Below, in pieces: positions 59,343 to 64,000 of a DNA stretch of 64,000 nt. Where the stretch lies: assembly GCA_951406725.2 (NCBI GenBank), contig OX597831.1, positions 78,802,001 to 78,866,000 on the forward strand. The letters are read 5' to 3'. Source of the DNA: Octopus vulgaris. Lineage: Eukaryota. The notes below the pieces were generated by a model, which searched no databases, was not told the origin of the DNA, and saw nothing but the letters and a program-made list of their open reading frames with translations. The translations under genes were made by a program, and so were the position numbers. The stretch's first letter is position 1, and every line of letters begins with the position of its first letter.

Positions 59343-60126
59343 GTGTGTATTTCTTTGTGTGAGCGTGTGGTTTATAAAATATGTATGTGTGTTTGTATAT
59401 ATACATATATAAATATACTAGTGTATGTGTGTGTACGCGTGTGTGTCCGTATTTGATATATATTTACACACACACACATACACATAAATATATATATATA
59501 TATGTATATATATTTGCGTGTGTGTGTGTTTGTATGTATGTATGTATATATATATATATATGTATACATGGTGAATATAGAGATTGATGTGAGAATATTA
59601 TGTTACCGCTCACTTTCAGTATATTTGTTTGTCTTTATATGAATATCTGCATATGTATCTGTATAGGTACGCGTTTGTGTGTGTGTGTGTGTGTGAACCG
59701 GTTTATTTTTATGTGTGTGAAACTAATCACATCGATGTGTTTGAAGTAGGTGTCAAAATATTTCATACAACTGATTGATTTTATCAATAAACCAATATAT
59801 TTACACAACCAATATTCTTTCACGTCCATTCGTTATATTTATCGATAATTCCTGCATTTTAGTTCATTATATCTATAAAAAAAAACAAGAAAAATTGCAC
59901 TCTCTCACTCCGTCATCTCTGTCATAAGCACGCACACACTCAATCTCTCTTTCTCTCTCTCTCTCTCCCTCTCTTACACACGCACAGTCGCACGCGACCA
60001 AGTACACACTGTCGGAAATTCGGGAACGAATACGGAAATATTTCATAAGTTTGTGTTTATTTTTCATGCATGTAATATCGCTTAATTTATGTCTATTTAT
60101 TGTATTTTTTCGTAATATATACATCT

Positions 60127-60180
<54 letters not shown>

Positions 60181-60189
60181 TCACACATC

Positions 60190-60236
<47 letters not shown>

Positions 60237-60295
60237 TATATATATGCGCGTGTGTGTGTATAGTAGAGAGACAGACAAACGGAGAAAGAGATAAT

Positions 60296-60327
<32 letters not shown>

Positions 60328-61135
60328 TATATACATACATACAAAAAAAAGGGACAACAAAACATCCAGGCAGACGATACAAAAAAAAACAAGGACGGAT
60401 TATTCGGAGTCTTTTTAATCTTCAGTCGTGTTCCAGATAATCTTTGCAATTTCGGCTGGTTATACTCGAGATTGCTCCAATCTGGCCGAGTAATAAAGAA
60501 ATTGCTACACTGAATGCAAAATGGATGGTCACTGGGAAATAAGAGTTAGAAATAAGAGAATACCCGTGGCTAAAGAAAGGAAGTGTAGAAAACTTCAATA
60601 CATTTATCGAAGTCTATCTTTATTTTGAAGGGGCATAAGGGGGAGCGCGTTTTGCGTGTTTGTGATGTGTGGACATCTTTATCGTTTACCTATTTCTTCA
60701 CTACCCACAAGGGGCTAAACACGGAGGGGACAAACAAGGATAGACATAGGTATTAAGTCGATTACATCGACCCCAGTGCTTACTTAATTTATCGACCCCG
60801 AAATTGAAAGGCAAAGTGACACTGTAACGGGCATGATCTGAAGAGTTTACCACGCTTGAACAGATGAAGAGTTTCGCTTGCCCAGTGTTTATTTTTGTTA
60901 AAGTATAACGCTTATTCTATTGAACGCCTCAGCCGAACCGCTAGATTACGGGAATCTAAAGAAACGAATATTGTTTCTCAAGCGGTGAGGTTAGGAGGAA
61001 CAGACAAAAAGACACACAAAATCACACACATACACATATGTACGTATATGTACGTACGTGCATGAGAGTGTGTGTGTGTGCGTGTAACTGAGCGTGTTTG
61101 TCTGTGTGTGTGTGTTGTGTGTGTAAGTGTGTGAA

Positions 61136-61190
<55 letters not shown>

Positions 61191-61647
61191 GCAGCGTTTA
61201 AGGTGTTTATAAGCCATTTAAGAAACACACAAAAACCGTTAGATTCACTTCAATATTTAACTTTAATTTGCTAGAATATTGTCGTCGCTTTGAGACCACG
61301 ACCTGTTCACTAACAAAACTCCGTACTATCTGAGAAAGTAACAATTAGTTCGTTATATATATGTACATATGTATGTGTGTATGTATGTGTGTATGTGTGT
61401 ATGTATGTATGTATTTATATATGTATGTGCGTATATATGTATGTGTGTACATGTATGTGCGCATGCCTATACGCATGTATGTATGTACTTATGTACTTAC
61501 GTATGTATGTGAGTATTTAGGAGAGTGTGTAGACGTGTCTGTGTGTGTGTACATGTGTATGTACATGTGAACGTATGTTTATGTAATGATATGTGTCAGT
61601 TCAAGTTGTATACATGACTGTTACCTTGTTGATAGATAAATAGATAT

Positions 61648-61693
<46 letters not shown>

Positions 61694-61694
61694 T

Positions 61695-61729
<35 letters not shown>

Positions 61730-61762
61730 TGATAGATTGATAGATAGATAAATAGATAGATT

Positions 61763-61830
<68 letters not shown>

Positions 61831-62062
61831 CACATACACACACACCTATATATATATATATATATAATTAAATATATAAGTATATATATATAACGTAAGG
61901 TGTACTAGCCATCTGAATGTGGCTAGCCACTGGGGTTGGGGTGTTACTGATGCTTTTAGCCCTAGGAGATCAACGTCACCAGCTGGCCTTAGACACAAAA
62001 ATTTCAGTGCCCTTGTGTTATTTGCAAAGGGAGGTCATCCTCCCTCGAAAACCTAAGTGCTA

Positions 62063-62107
62063 CATACGGACTATAGTTTCAAGGTAATTGCCTCTCGTCA
62101 GCGCATG
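62063..62107 (-). ncRNA. Type I hammerhead ribozyme
   Basis: Minus strand reads CATGCG-CTGACGA-GAGG(caatta)CCTT-GAAA-CTATAG-TC-CGTATG; palindromic stem III, GUC triplet. Confidence 0.9.
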
Positions 62108-62450
62108 GTAAACACCGGTTTTCGATGAAGGAGACCTTTGCAAATAATAATATTTAATAACCATCTCTGATTTGAAAAACGAGATTAATAAATCTCTGAA
62201 CGAGATATAAACAGTAACCGCTCGACAACGTAAAGTGTACTAGCCATCTGAATGTGGCTAGCCACTGGGGGTGGGGTGTTACTGATGCTTTTAGCCCCAG
62301 GCGATCAACGTCACCAGATGGACTTTAGACACAAAATTTCAGTGCCCTTGTGTCACTGATTTAGAAAAACTGTCAGTGACAGTGGTTTCTGTGAAAAACG
62401 TTAAATATTATTATTTGCAAAGGTCTCCTTCATCGAAAACCGGTGCTTAC

Positions 62451-62495
62451 CATGCGTTGACGAGAGGCAATTACCTTGAAACTATAGTCCGTATG
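62451..62495 (+). ncRNA. Type I hammerhead ribozyme, C3U core variant
   Basis: CATGCG-TTGACGA-GAGG(caatta)CCTT-GAAA-CTATAG-TC-CGTATG; inverted copy of 62063-62107 with one core substitution. Confidence 0.75.
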
Positions 62496-62709
62496 TAGCA
62501 CTTGGGTTTTCGAGGGAGGATGACCTCCCTTTGCAAATAACACAAGGGCACTGAAATTTTGTGTCTAAAGTCCATCTGGCGACGTTGATCGCCTGGGGCT
62601 AAAAGCATCAGTAACACCCCACCCCAGTGGCTAGCCACATTCAGATGGCTGGTACAACTTACGTTGTCGAGCGGTTACTGTTTATATCTCGTTCAGAGAT
62701 TTATTAATG

Positions 62710-62783
<74 letters not shown>

Positions 62784-63270
62784 TAAGTTCGTTTACCGAA
62801 AGCGTTTTTGAATATTCATATAAAAGCTCCTAATTTATCAAGCCATAACGACTGAAAGAATGAACGCATGAATATGTTGAAACCTGATGTCCATGGTTAG
62901 TGCGGACGGTATTGTAATAATCTCAGAAACGTGGACTATGGCCGTAAGAAACATCAGATTCTCAGTGAATATATGTGTGTGAATATGTAAAAAAGGGGGA
63001 GGGAATCAATGTTTATGATGTGCGTGTGCGTGCTCAATGGAAGTGGGATGGTTCATCTTTGTTCGCTTAGGATTTGGGTTTATTTTTTGATTTGGTTGAG
63101 TCTTGGTTTTCTTTTTGTTGTTGGTCAATCATTTTTAGCGTTTTGGCAGAAAAAGTAATTCTAAAACTGTTTTATAACGTAAGCTTGCCCAAACAAGTCG
63201 AATGCTTTCACAGAGCAGGTTGTACTGCCACATCATCCAAACCGACTGGATGAAACCGGGCTTAGCTGCT

Positions 63271-63327
<57 letters not shown>

Positions 63328-63330
<3 letters not shown>

Positions 63331-63655
63331 GAGGCCCCCTTCGTTCACGACACAGACTATGGGATTGCACCTAGAAAGATACCCTCCCAGGCACAAGTCC
63401 GGGCAAGATTGTTTGTGGAAGCCCAGCAGTCGGCCATGCATACCGGCCTCCCCTCTCTACGCCACCAGTGTTATCCAAGGGAAAGACAAAGGGGCCGATA
63501 CAGGTTGGCACCTATGACGTCACAACTGATTTCTACAGCTGAGTGGACTGGAGCAACGTGAAATAAAGTGTCTTGCTCAAGAATACAACACGCAGCCCGG
63601 TCCAGGATTCGAACTCACAACCTCACGATCGTAAGCTCGACGCTCTAACCACTGA

Positions 63656-63660
<5 letters not shown>
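63328..63660 (-). mobile_element. tRNA-derived SINE family D (partial + copy at 30517-30712)
   Basis: Minus strand has atggctcagtggttagagcg (A box), gagttcgaatcc (B box), then ttgagcaagacactttatttcacgttgctccagtccactcag. Confidence 0.8.
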
Positions 63661-63703
<43 letters not shown>

Positions 63704-64000
63704 TAGATAGATAGATAGATAGATAGAGATAGATAGATAGATAGATATGCAAGTAAAACATAATAGTGTTTTTGTTTAGAGTGTACAGATCTGTGTATAA
63801 TTCTTGCCTAGATAAAATGAACATGTCTAGAGGGAGTGGTGAGAGGGTGCGTGAGTGCGCTGCAATAAATGTATGGAAGTAGCACATGGTTTGGCAAGAG
63901 CGAGGTGGACAGCGTTTTTGAGTGGCTTGCAAGTCTTGAAACTGTTTCTCCGCGTGGCGTGGGGGAAACAGTCTTCAGGTGTGCAGCTACAAAACAAGGA

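Larger units (their letters stand above)
61892..62708. mobile_element. Partial-tandem plus inverted Penelope-like/retrozyme element (~335-bp unit)
   Basis: Unit starts at 61892 and again at 62227 (second copy truncated at ~62353); a near full-length inverted copy lies at 62401-62708; (TA)n on both flanks; two hammerheads. Confidence 0.85.

Noticed and set aside
61260-61325. Minus-strand gtcg..cgac-GACA-atat hairpin resembling a hammerhead 3' half
   Set aside because: No CUGANGA core and the GAAA is broken; cannot be supported from this copy
63590-63660. tRNA-like A and B boxes (also at other SINE heads)
   Set aside because: They continue into SINE bodies and lack a complete cloverleaf, so they are SINE heads rather than tRNA genes

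Overview
AT-rich, microsatellite-saturated eukaryotic non-coding DNA. The SINE families and the density of (TA)n, (CA)n, (GATA)n and (AAT)n runs look like an Octopus (coleoid cephalopod) intron or intergenic region; this assignment is from recognition and was not checked against a database. I find no credible protein-coding gene, and most ORFs in the supplied track are translated simple repeats. Ordinary content includes four tRNA-type SINE families, an (AAT)n-tailed ~550-bp repeat, 3' relics of R4/Dong, RTE and CR1/L2-type LINEs, Tc1 and mariner transposase relics, MITEs and a Helentron-like element. The main signal is a set of short (0.2-0.9 kb) non-coding elements from several families, nearly all sitting inside (TA)n tracts. 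They carry minimal type-I hammerhead ribozyme motifs (stem I, CUGANGA, stem II, GAAA, a usually palindromic stem III, NUH): about 10 intact or near-intact and about 6 decayed in 64 kb. They occur as tandem units (562-bp and ~335-bp period, retrozyme-like) or as asymmetric fold-backs with outward-pointing 3' ends, and several share a covarying 3'-tail stem. This matches non-autonomous Penelope-like/retrozyme retroelements that could yield self-cleaved, possibly circular, RNAs.
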